From the NCBI RefSeq assembly GCF_000150275.1, contig NW_002060960.1, positions 186,001-250,000 of the forward strand: a DNA stretch of 64,000 nt. The letters are read 5' to 3'. Below the pieces are notes generated by a model. That model was not told the origin of the DNA and did not search any database. It saw nothing but the letters and a program-made list of their open reading frames with translations. The position numbers were made by a program, and so were the translations under genes. This document shows, one piece after another, positions 1 to 11,465 of the stretch. The first letter of the stretch is position 1. The number at the start of each line of letters is the position of its first letter. Source of the stretch: Trichoplax adhaerens (lineage: Eukaryota > Animalia > Placozoa).

Positions 1-261
1 TAAGTCTGTAGATACGTTATGTACGTGAATAGCCACAGGAGGACAGTCAAAGTGGAACTAACTTAAACTCTTCAAGGATGGGTGGGACAACGATGTAGCT
101 ACTGTCTCCATTGTATGATGATGCCCTGTTTTACTTTTGTACTCAAATATAGTCTAGTTGTCTTGATCACAAGCTGCATAGATGCGTATAAGTTATGAAT
201 TAAAATCTCCCAAATCTTATGACATCACTGTTTGACTCTGATATTTTTCTCTTAAATCTAG

Positions 262-3000
262 TTAATACTTGGCCCGATGTTCTCCGGAAAAACGTAAGTC
301 TAATAATGATGATTGAAAGATGTGCTGCGTAGTGTTGACATTCTTGCATGAAATGATGACATCGATGCTGTGCTCACTGAATATTGTTATGACCATATCT
401 GTTATATATACAGTATATATATAATATATATAAAAGTTCTTATTTTATATATATATATACGAATATTTGATAATTTCAGCCACGATGCAATCGCTCAATT
501 CAATAGTTTTATAGTGAGAGATATTAATTTTTTTTCCATTATAATTATAATTATTCAAGCTGCTCAATACATCCATTACGGGCTTTGCTAGGGTTTTACT
601 GGTTCTACTGTTTTGTACATGGAATAATTATACTATATTCAATAGTCTTCATCGTAATAGACTGTTTATTTGAATATCGTACCTGATATTATTATTTTTT
701 TACTTTAAATCGTTACAATATTAAGTATACTACTACCTAGACAGCACGATTTGAGCTTCTAAACCACGATAATGCAATCGAATTCTATTCGCGCGTTATT
801 TTCATATCAAATTTAATTCAGCAATTAGCGTAATATACGGCTTGGCATCTTTGACACAATGCATTGTTTAAAATTTTATAAATTGCATTACAATAGCTAG
901 CTCAGTTGTAACCCTATTACTATAAATGAGTAAAGGTCGAACTTTGATTGTTCTATGTTGGCTAATTCATTGTTTACTTATACGTACTTATACTGATGTA
1001 CACGATGGCTAGTTTACTTCAATTGATATTAAAGTTGTAGTAGAAGGCCCGACATGAGTATAGAGCGTTTCTACTGTATACTGTCTACAGGTTACGGATT
1101 AAATTGGATGGAATTGCAGCTAATGCAATTGCAGTCATTACAGTAAAACGTTTGGACTCGACTTCTGTAAATATTGACGTCATAATAATGCGGGAGGGTA
1201 CTGTTCTAATTATTGTTGTAGGCTACTAATAAAATCACTGAATACAATAAAACTTCACTACCCCTCTCCGTGCTAATCTTTGGCAGTCCAGTAATGGCCT
1301 AGAAAAGAAATTCGTAGAAATTTATTGTAGTTTATGCCTCTCCTGCAATATTGAACCACATCTATGCTGCAGTTTAATTCTGTTTATTAGCAAACGCTAA
1401 ATGGATACATTGGTGTCGGTTATATTTCGCGATTATGTTATTTATGTGTTGCTAACATGACTATTGTTTATTCTAACATTGGCATTGATGTAAATTCCTC
1501 TTTTTTTAATATTCTATTTGGATAATGTAGGACAGAATTGATGCGCCGTGTCAGAAGATTACAGGTTTGAAATTTGAAGTTTATAGTGCATTGTATCTTT
1601 AGCGTCGATTCTAGCATAAATCTAGTTTTATATGTTTCGTCTTACTGTCACTAAAATATTGTTACTTGTTGTGTCTATTGTGGTATTCGGGTCAATTTCT
1701 TATAATATTTGCTAACCCAACTCCTCTAGATTGGCAACCAATCTTGTGTAATCATTAAGTATGCAAATGATAACAGATACGACAAGGATGGCGTAGCAAC
1801 GCATGATCTGTAAGTATTTATAGTACAATTATGATTAGTATTCAATAGTGAAGACACACTCATAGACGAGTATTTGCTAATGCTTACTTGAATTTCTTCA
1901 GTACTATTGATGAATTCAAGTTATTCAGATCTGAAAATATCTTACGTAATATATTCTTGTTAGATATTTAGTTACGGGAATCATAGAATAGAAGTAGTTT
2001 TAGGCTATGTTAAATTCACTTTGTGAAACATTACAGAGTCGTGTATGTATTTCATTCATGATTAACGTATTGGCTACAATTTATTTTGACAAGTAACGAT
2101 TTAAAATTGAACATGTATACTTCAAATTTCATTCACCATATGAACTACATTTTTAATAGAGTAACAATATAACAATATTTTCTTAGGCAAATTGCAAAAG
2201 CGATTTCGTCTAATGATTTATTTAGCATCGAATCTCAAGCAGAAAGCTACGGTGTAATTGGTATTGATGAAGGCCAATTTGTAAGTTTCATGCAATATCT
2301 TAGTGTATCAATCAATGCCAACACTTCGATCGACTATAAACGATTATTTGTGTTACATTACAGTTTCCGGATGTGGTGCCATTCGCTGAGCACATGGCTA
2401 ATAAGGGTAAATTAGTTATTGTTGCTGCATTGGATGGAACATTTCAAAGGAAGGTATTACACCCATATTTAGATATCATCACGGATATTATAGCTACATT
2501 ATAATTAAGGTGTTGTCCATTAGATCTTATTCTTTGTGTAATTTAATTTTATTTTTGTTATTCATCAATTGCAAATAGGGATTTGGAGATTTTCTAAATT
2601 TGATTCCCTTAGCTGAAGATGTTATGAAACTAAGTGCTGTATGCATGCTTTGCTATTCGGAGGGAGCTTTTACGAAGCGTTTAAGTAGTGAACAAACGGT
2701 ACAGTGACTAAAATTATCAAATTTGACAACTTTTAGTGCATTCTTGATTTGTAAATTGCTATTTAGTTAAGTAACTTTAGTTTGCGTATGTTTGTGCTAA
2801 TGTATTATTCTTACAACATTTCGTGAATAATGCTATGTATGCAGGTGGAAGTCATTGGGGGAACTGATAAATATATGGCGGTATGTAGAAACTGTTACAA
2901 GAAGCCCATCAAAGAACTTCACTTACAGGAAACTCCTACAAAGGCTACAAACCTTGGCAGGAAGTTGATCTTGGACGAAGAAGTGACTGCAAGCTCTTAA
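262..3000 (+). CDS. TK1: Cytosolic thymidine kinase 1 (5'-partial, spliced)
   Basis: GT-AG exons 262-293, 1531-1564, 1730-1809, 2187-2280, 2364-2453, 2579-2698 and 2845-3000 splice in frame. They give [20 protein letters not shown] (P-loop), [19 protein letters not shown] (Walker B), [13 protein letters not shown], the Zn ligands CMLC/CRNC and EVIGGTDKY. Stop TAA ends at 3000. The window begins inside the preceding intron. Confidence 0.97.
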
Positions 3001-3626
3001 TCTAAGCAGCGCGCATAGGTTCCAGAGCGAAAATTAAGACGTGAGAAGGACACGAGTAAATTTATTATACCCATTTTTGACATACTACTAGATGCAATCA
3101 TGTTGTTTTACGCGACTTATTTACATCCTGTTTTTAATTCTTTGCACACTTGAAATATGCGTAGTTTACCGATGTTTGTGCAGAGATCCTGTATCTGTTA
3201 CTTATTGTTTAATTTTCTAGATACAGTATTAGATTTTTACGAAATTACCTCATGAAATTACTAATATTGTATTCATTTTTGCTACCATATTTATGGTAAT
3301 AATACTTCATGTAGAATAATCTAATCTATCCATTCATTAATTTTTTTTCAAGTAATTTAATTAGCGATGATATTTAGTAAAAGCGCATTTATTTTATTAA
3401 CTTTTACTTGTTTCTACTGTATTAGCCACGCAAATTGTTGTAAACAAATGATCAATTAATAACACTAGAAATGAAATTGTATAGTAACTGCAATAATGTT
3501 ACTAGGGGTAATTGATGTAGTTGGGCTTCCAATAAGATGGACTCATACTATCTTAGCATTTTACGTACTTCAATATTACTTAGAGGTATTTACAGTTGAA
3601 AGTAAAACTTTAAAACACTCCATTTT

Positions 3627-5730
3627 TCAGACACATTTAAATTTTTCTAAACATTCTTCATAATGTGAATGAAATGATTGTGCTATAGCTTTGAATGGCT
3701 CCTCTATATTTAGATTTTCTTTCTGTTTAGTGTAAAAAATTAGACGAGTTTAATGTTAGTTAATTCTTTAAAGCTGGGAACTTAATTAATCGACCATATC
3801 ATACCGCAGAACATTCAAAGTATTCCAAATTATGTTTCTTAGCAAACTCGCTGCCGGCGTTAGTATCCACATCGCGACGTCCTTTCAAATCAATCTTGTT
3901 AGCAACAACCGCGCCTAAGAAATTATAACATATTAATTAAGGCAAATAAATAGTTTTTCAAAGTTTCTGAAAGTTCAAACTACAAAATTGAATAAGTATA
4001 TTTGATTTCTGAAGAAATAATTCAATATATTACCCATTAAATGATTATTGTACGATTTATCTTTTATCCTTTCCAACCACTTTTCACAATTTATAAGTGA
4101 TTGAGGATTGGTGACATCAAATACGAGGAGAAAAACATCTATTCCATCCCACTATAAGTATATAGAAGATTAATATAGTCTCAGTTTTAAATAATGTTAA
4201 TCATTTTGAAAAACATTTATGATCGAAATTTTCTATACGAAAAATTTAGATAGATATAGCAATTCTTACATTAGATATTACATGGTCCGAAAACATTTCT
4301 TTGCCACCGGAGTCGTAAATATATAATTCCTTTAATATTATGAATAAATGAGTAAATGAAAGAAATACTTGTGTTACAGAAAGGACTAATAAGCGATACT
4401 AGAAGATAACATTGTTCAGTGTTATAGAGTTAGTACTGTATTGATTTTACTCACAACAGTTGCTTTTGTATTTGGTACGGTAATGCTCTTGACAATCAGC
4501 TCAATACCAGTTGTCTGTAGAATAAGAACAGCAATTAAGTAAATTTACAAAGATTAGGTATCTTATTTCGTAGAGATTAAGCCAAAAGATGTATTTACAA
4601 TATGAAAATGTACGACTGTATGCTTGTTTGTAACAGAAAATGCTTGATTTAGAAACTAATTGCAAATTATCATACGTGTATATCATTATCTATGGAAATT
4701 AGTATTTACTGTAGGTTACGTACCATTAAATAATTTTTAGGATAATGAGTTCCATCGCTGTGGAATACTTGTGTTAGAGCACTTTTACCGACGGTGTCAT
4801 CACCTATTAAGAAATTATTATTCAATTTTAGATCCTTCTCTTATTTGATAATTTCATTTCGCGAAATGGTAGAGCAAAGTGGAATCGTTGATTGTAAAAT
4901 ACATTCGAGAGAAATTTTCTGCTTATAACTTCAGTGTCATAAACCATCCGAATAAAGAAGCGCCGTAGGTTTCGTTTATGCATTTTGAAATTGACACTGA
5001 AGAAGTTTGTTTCCATAACTTTGTATCACTCGTAGAACTCAAATATTGAAAAAAAAGGACTACGTATTCATGATCATTATCAGGAAGCCAAGCTGACTAC
5101 TGTAATATGTAAAATAAGTTTTCAGTTTATAACGAATATCAGTGACGGATCGAGCATCCACATGGAATAATTGACACTCACCAATGCGATCAATTAGGCC
5201 AAGGAAAAATAAGATGGTGCACCCGCAATCATTATTTTATTGCTACGTATACTGTACGACACAATATTTCAACTTGAAGAAAAACAACGTTACTTTTTCT
5301 TAGCTTCAATTAGCGTGCATCTAGTCATAAGCTAAAACTGTGCAATAAACTATGGTCGATATATAGCCTCTTTATAACCTCTTAAGAGCGTGTAAGAATA
5401 CTAACGGATCATTTTATCATATTTCTTTCAGGTTCAGATCATTTAACTTTTCTGTTGTGCAAGAAATAGGACGTCAATTTTTGGATGAGCATGATGATGA
5501 TACACTAGTAACGACTTGTTTCGATTAGACCGTATCCAACTTGAACACTTCAACGAAGCGGTCAAAACCGAAGCAACGAAGGTAGATCATAATTCTAGAA
5601 ATTAATTCACTCGCTTTAACCGTTCTACCATTTATTTTTACTTCATCATACAATTATGAAGTAGAATTGAGTACAGAGTAAAAAAAGATAAAGTACCTGC
5701 AATGATACATTTTGCCCGTAAGAGAGTCAT
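3627..5730 (-). CDS. IFT27: Intraflagellar transport protein 27 (Rab-like 4 small GTPase)
   Basis: Exons 5697-5730, 4724-4803, 4455-4514, 4270-4329, 4034-4151, 3805-3914 and 3627-3722 translate to MTLLRAKCIIAGDDTVGKSALTQVFHSDGTHYPKNYLMTTGIELIVKSI...ELYIYDSGGKEMF...ANKIDL...YFECSAK...EEPFKAIA. This matches the RABL4/IFT27 signature, with no C-terminal prenylation motif. Confidence 0.95.
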
Positions 5731-5733
5731 CTT

Positions 5734-5747
5734 ATCTCCATGGAAAT
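5734..5747. promoter_or_regulatory. Degenerate X-box (RFX)-like palindrome at the IFT27 start
   Basis: ATCTCCATGGAAAT resembles the X-box consensus GTNNCCATGGNAAC with mismatched outer bases. It lies 4-17 nt upstream of the ATG of a ciliary gene. Confidence 0.35.
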
Positions 5748-5799
5748 CCCGTTTAATGAAAGAAAATGACTGCGCAAGTTCGCATTAAGAGCTACGTCT

Positions 5800-5905
5800 A
5801 CTGTGCCGTATAGTACTGTACAGTATAATACTGTAGAGCAGTACAGTACAGTGTACTGTAGACTGCCATATGAACTGGTACTGTACAGTGTACAGTACAG
5901 TATAT
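5800..5905. repeat. TACAG/GTAC-rich low-complexity tract upstream of IFT27
   Basis: Dense run of tactgta/cagtac/gtacag words. Confidence 0.7.
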
Positions 5906-6270
5906 GCGTGGCAGTTGGGACAGACAGACAGATAGGTAGAAAAGTCCTCCGCTCCGAATGTTTCGAGCAGACAAAGAGATGAGCAGTAAAGTCCTCCGTT
6001 CTTGCAAATTAGTTTACTATGGAATTTAACACCAACTACAAGCAATCTGGACTGCTATGTACAAAGCAATGAAAACATAGAGATAGGAAGAAGAACCAGA
6101 CTTAGATCAGGGGCTACTAAAGAAGGAATGCTATGCCACTTGGAGATTTCTCTACGACTAACGTAATAACGTATTAGTTTTTAGAAGTCGCTGGTGCTAC
6201 TACAGTACGGTGCAGTACTGACAATTCGAAAAGGCGAAGATTCGTTCAGTACCTGCACGTTAAGCCCAAC

Positions 6271-6459
6271 CATTTGAATCAATATTTTTTGTACACCTAG
6301 CTGAAACTGTCCTACTGGTACGTTATGCCGTTAAGAGCATATCTAAAGAAAGAAAAAAATATGTAAATACGTTCATTTTTTTACCAGACATGTTCTTAAG
6401 GGTATAACGCTCCAGTAGGACAGTTTCAGCTAGTTGTAGCAAAAATATTAATTCAAATG
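6271..6459. repeat. Long imperfect inverted repeat (foldback/MITE-like hairpin)
   Basis: The arm at 6271-6344 is the reverse complement of 6386-6459 with few mismatches. A perfect 22-bp core CTAGCTGAAACTGTCCTACTGG (6297-6318) pairs with 6412-6433. Confidence 0.9.
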
Positions 6460-6489
6460 ACGCAGATTTGCTATGTTTTTAAATAATCG

Positions 6490-7125
6490 ACCATTGAAAT
6501 CAATCTTGATAGAGGCTTACTGTACTATAGATTGTACAGGCATCCTACGCCATAATCCGTCGTAAGTTTTGAAGGGAGAGAAGGAACACTGTACCGCTGC
6601 TTGCATATTACTAATATTTGGAAAATGCTAAGATTAGAGCAGTACCCACACTCCTACAGTACGACACGGATTAGCCATGTTAAACGATCGATCATTGAAA
6701 TCAATCTTACAGAGGCTTCCTGTACTGTAGATTGTGTAGACATAGTACGTATAATCCGCCATCGGCGGGTATAAAATGCCGGAAGTTTTTAAGGAAGAGA
6801 ATGTACTGTAGATTGTGCGGACATCCTACGGCATAATCCGCCGTCGAGGGTATAAGCCGAGAGTTTTTAAGGAAGTGAAGAAATACTGCGATACTACTTG
6901 CACAGTGCTGGCATTTGGCAAGTGTTAAGATTAGCGCCGTGTCGACAGTATGATGCAGATTAGTTATATTGAACCAGCGATCATTGAAATCAATCTTTAG
7001 AGAGGCTTACTGTATTGTAGATTGTGCAGGCACCCTACGATATAATCCGCCGTCGAGAATATAAAAAGTCGGGAGTTGCTTATTAAGAGATAGAAGGATC
7101 ACAGTACCGGTGTTTGTACAGTACA
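6490..7125. repeat. Diverged ~200-290 bp tandem repeat (3 full copies plus 1 partial)
   Basis: CATTGAAATCAATCTT..AGAGGCTT.CTGTA.T.TAGATTGT recurs at ~6492, ~6693 and ~6983, with a partial copy at ~6803. Confidence 0.85.
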
Positions 7126-7239
7126 GCAATGTTATTTCGTAGCAGATATTGTAGTAAAAGTATAAATGAAATTTATTGCTATCTATATACATAAAGCGAA
7201 CTCAAAGTTTAGGAATAAGTCAAATAAGATCTGCTAAAT

Positions 7240-9190
7240 TTTTTAGAAGTGAAGATGAAAGTATACAAGATAACCGATAAGTAAAAATGCTCCCGAAACT
7301 TCACGAAGACCAATGCTACTCGAGATATCTATACGGCAAACGACATATGCACGATCACAGACGGTATGTAGTGTGGGTTTCTCAATAAGATACACGTAGT
7401 CTATTCTTAGTAAACGTTATTTTCCACTACATTATAGCATAACTTCATCCAGGTATAATCTATAATATTCAACAATTGACGCCGTAGAAATCTCCTTCTA
7501 CTCTAATTGAATTATATCATAAAACTACCTTAACAGAGAAGTAAAAATATCCTCAATAGCCATTGGTATTGATAGACGATTTCCTCCTGCTGTGCTTATT
7601 ACATTGTAAAAGCTGTCTCCACGCATCAATTTCGTTAATTAGCTCAACTAGTTACACGACAAGCTTGCGCACTTTACCTATTCTACTTTGCTATAGCTAT
7701 TCGACAAGTTTACGTCAATGGATACACTATTACCTTAGACGTTTTTCTCTTCACACTCACTTCAATAAAGACTCTGTTTTCAATAAGCTACGCTCTCGTC
7801 AGTTATTGCAATTATGATGAACTCACAATCTTCCTAAACATTGCGGGCTGTATCATTTGTATCATTGCTTCTTCTATTGTAATCAGCTCTGTATAAGGAT
7901 GCCAAAGTATACGAGTACTCGTGCACCAATGATAAAATAATAAATATAATCATTTATTTAAATATTTGCGATAGTTTAACTAGGAGGTTTATTTTAGGCT
8001 TAGGATAAGGTTTGTTTGCACTATTTTGAGTAAACGCTAATGGGTAATATGGAGTTAATTCTATTATTGTACGGGTAAATACGTAACGCATCCAGCTGCG
8101 CTGACTGTCACTGTTCATCTCCTAATCGGAAATTTATTATTGCGATCACAAATTATATCTACAGCGATTACATGCAATATACCGAAATGAAGGATTCTAT
8201 ATTGTATAAGCCATGCACAAAGTTATTTCTTGAAATTTGAGCGATAGAAAGTGGCGAATTGCACTTTATTTTTTCTCCTACATTTTAAAGGTAGCCTCTT
8301 GCATACATTAATTACCGTTTGGATAGACTATGACTTTTCGAAAAACATAAGTAAGTGAAGAATGTTACAGTTCTATAATCATCATTATAATTCCAAGACT
8401 ATTACTGTAGGACATGAATACAGCAAATATATTGCAGTGATATACCCTTATTCGATTGTAATCATAGCTATATTTGATTGTATTGGTAGCCACATTTGAT
8501 ATAATTAGATTACTAAAATAGATACTACCATATTAGATGATTGCTAACTACTATATTAGAAATTGCTGTTTACTAATATTAGCCAGTTGACTAATTATGA
8601 TACAAGATTTGTGTAGCTTGATACACTTTAATTGCGAAGATACCTAGCACCGAAAGGTGTTGGACATTAATAGAAGAGTAGAGATATTTAAATAGATTGA
8701 TTCTTATTGTAGGATATAATGATGAGATACTTAAGGAAAAATATCCTGTTTGATGATTCAGATATGATTGTAACTAATTATAGTATCGTAAATGAATATA
8801 ACGAAAGATATTTAAGAACTGGGAAGATGACTTCACATTAGCGACTTCACTTCACTTTGAGCTCAGAATACATTAGAACAGATTTTCGTAGTAATTATTT
8901 ATTTTCTCTAGTATTCTTGAACGTTGTAAGAAGTGCCTTTTTGAAAATTTTATTTAACTAAGGCTGTTATTTCTGAAATGCTTTTATTGTAGATACAGTA
9001 TATAATATATAATGCGAATTAAAAAGTACCAGTACTTACAGTATAGAACGCAAATTACATCGAGCTTAGATTTTATTAGTATAAACGGTATATTCAAGCT
9101 AGTAACTATATTTTATGTTAGTAATTTTCACCTTGAATACCTTATATGGGGATAAAATTATAGATAAAAAGCAAGGATAAAAGTTATAGT
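7240..9190. repeat. Segmental duplication copy A (paralog of 12970-14160)
   Basis: Collinear similarity with copy B, e.g. TTCTCAATAAGATA, TTTCCACTA.ATTATAGCATAACT, CATCCAGCTGCGCTGACTGTCACTGTTC and ATGAATACAGCAAAT. Copy A has an extra ~600 bp at ~8430-9040. Confidence 0.9.
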
Positions 9191-10273
9191 TAATTCAAAT
9201 TACTATTTGAATCATAAATAAAGAATTGGCATCACTCGGTTGATGGTAAGCCCTTTGTCTTTGGATTGATTCAATTGTGAAACGATAAAATATTAAACCG
9301 CAATTTATAATTAAAAAGACATTTATTAACTTTTAAACAGATCACCCTATTTTATCAGTCAATGCAATAAAATATGAAATCTATAAGTTAATAAAAAAGT
9401 AAACCTTGTTTACTATTACCAATATTATCTCGAGGATTAACATTATACGGAAACACCAGCACAGATTTTTCAAATCTACTGTCACAGTGAAACACTATTT
9501 ACATATTGCGAGCAAGGTACCAATAAGGACGAAATATTGTATTGAACATACGTATACAGTATTATTGGCATAAAGCAAAAAGAGAAATCATAATTGTGTA
9601 GCACATTTTACGTTTTAGATAGTACTATTGATCTCTGGAGAATAGTAATTGCGATCATTTTAGAAAACAAAATAGCGTAGCTCATTATTTATTCGATATC
9701 TGATAAATTAGCAACTTAAAATGTGTTCAGAACTAACTAACAAGAAATTATAACCAATAAAATATCGTCATCGGCGAATATGCCTTTTCGATAAGCTCGA
9801 GAAAATTCGAAATACTGAATGAAAGCAATTAGAAGAAACGATACACGATATACAGTAATGCCTATGTCGAATGGATATTTTGAAGTAAAATAAATATGAT
9901 AAAAGTAGCAATAAAAATAAATTCTTCTCTTTGATACTGTATTATATCCAGGAATAATTTACTGAATGAAAGGTAACCATAACGAATTGTACAAAGGCGA
10001 TCAGATGATTTACATAAATGAATGAAATTTTCGTTGTTAGCGATTATCTATCACGGTAAAATGGTAATGCTAGCATCCATTATATTTACCGATATCGTGC
10101 TTAAATTATCGATTTATAGACAACGATACAAACATAAATTAATTCTTCGAAACTCTAAATTCATGAATATTATAATTATAATGTATAAATTGGCTGAATC
10201 CGTTTTAATAATTTTTCTAGACAGTAGGTTTTATTTGAAGCCTAATTACACTCGAGATAAATATTAGCTAGTA

Positions 10274-10747
10274 TTATTTCGTAGAAATGTAATCAAGTTC
10301 ACCATTATATGTTAAATGAGCTCTTGCTACTGGCAAATCCGTTGGAAAAATTCCACATTTACTTGTACAACCAACGCGATATATACTAATTCTATTACAG
10401 CCTCTTGAGTAGCGAAAGTGCGACGAATAAACCATTTCATTGAAGAGTCCGCATGTTGTACTATTGATTTCCATAACGCGGCAGTTGACTGGATAGCAAA
10501 TTTTGCAACTAAAACTTTGACGCACTAAGCAACCATCTGGAGTGCGAAATTGTATATTAAAAAGGTAGTTTTGTTCCAAAATAGTGCACTCGTTTTTCGC
10601 AGTAATGTTATTTACAGTATCCGCTGAAATTTTTCCTGGATCGATACAAAGCTTGTTTTGCACGAATTCATTCTCTACTTGGTAAATTTCAGTAGCATTA
10701 CTTGTTGGTACATGATTCATTACGAAATATATCAGCTTTAAAACAAC
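10274..10747 (-). CDS. Small cysteine-rich, probably secreted protein of unknown family (terminal exon)
   Basis: 148-aa ORF with 10 Cys and 3 N-glycosylation sequons (NAT, NIT, NST). The frame extends upstream as VVLKLIYFV to an AG acceptor at 10748-49. The upstream exon was not resolved. Confidence 0.55.
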   Translation of the reverse strand, partial: VVLKLIYFVMNHVPTSNATEIYQVENEFVQNKLCIDPGKISADTVNNITAKNECTILEQNYLFNIQFRTPDGCLVRQSFSCKICYPVNCRVMEINSTTCGLFNEMVYSSHFRYSRGCNRISIYRVGCTSKCGIFPTDLPVARAHLTYNGELDYISTK

Positions 10748-10942
10748 CTATCGTGAAATTAGATAATATGGCACACCGATTACATTGGGTTTACTTAAGA
10801 TTAGGTATCGGAAATAGAACATGAAACAATATTGCTGATGTAGGTAGGGCTAGTGCTACATATATGTTATGTTATCAATATCTAAATTGTTATAAGTAAA
10901 AAAGTGCTTACTCTTGTATAGTTAGCAATATTTAGAAAAGCA

Positions 10943-11465
10943 TAATCTGTAGTAATTCTTTCGGCTAATTAAAAACATTGAGCGCTAATATTAGATATGA
11001 TTGAACGATTGGCTTATTTTCGACGAAAAAATAAAATATTAGTATTCAACTGGAAAACATTTTTTCATAATTATAATCCGCCACGATGGGATTGTGAAAG
11101 TTTTATGAAGAACGAAGTATCTACTTAGCAGAGCTAAAGATGAGCAGGATAGAAAACTGTTGAGATGAGATTTATGTATATCATACATATACGCTTATAA
11201 CCTATCTTATCAGCAGCGCACTGCGACAGATTTAAAATTAGTGATGATATTTTGAAAAATATGATCTGTAGTAATTCTTTCGGTTTATTAAAAATATCGA
11301 GAATTAATATTAGATATACCTAGCTTATTTCCGACGAAAAGATTATGTATTAGTATTCAACTAGAAAATTTTCTTTCATAATTATAATCCGTCAAGATAG
11401 CATTATGATTTATGAAGAACGCATTATCTACTTAGCAGAACTAAAACTGAGCAGGATAGAAAACT
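10943..11465. repeat. Tandem duplication, ~320-bp period
   Basis: ATCTGTAGTAATTCTTTCGG...TTAGTATTCAACT.GAAAA...TTCATAATTATAATCCG...TATCTACTTAGCAGA.CTAAA..TGAGCAGGATAGAAAACT occurs at ~10945-11158 and ~11264-11465. Confidence 0.85.

Noticed and set aside
370-591. Ile/Tyr-rich ORF and similar short ORFs in the ORF track
   Set aside because: They are AT-rich intronic or antisense shadow ORFs with non-ATG starts and low complexity.
5180-5255. Alternative IFT27 first exon (IRSNKIMIAG or the GTGAGT donor near 5181)
   Set aside because: Exon 5697-5730 (MTLLRAKCIIAG) has an ATG, the correct phase and a much better family match.
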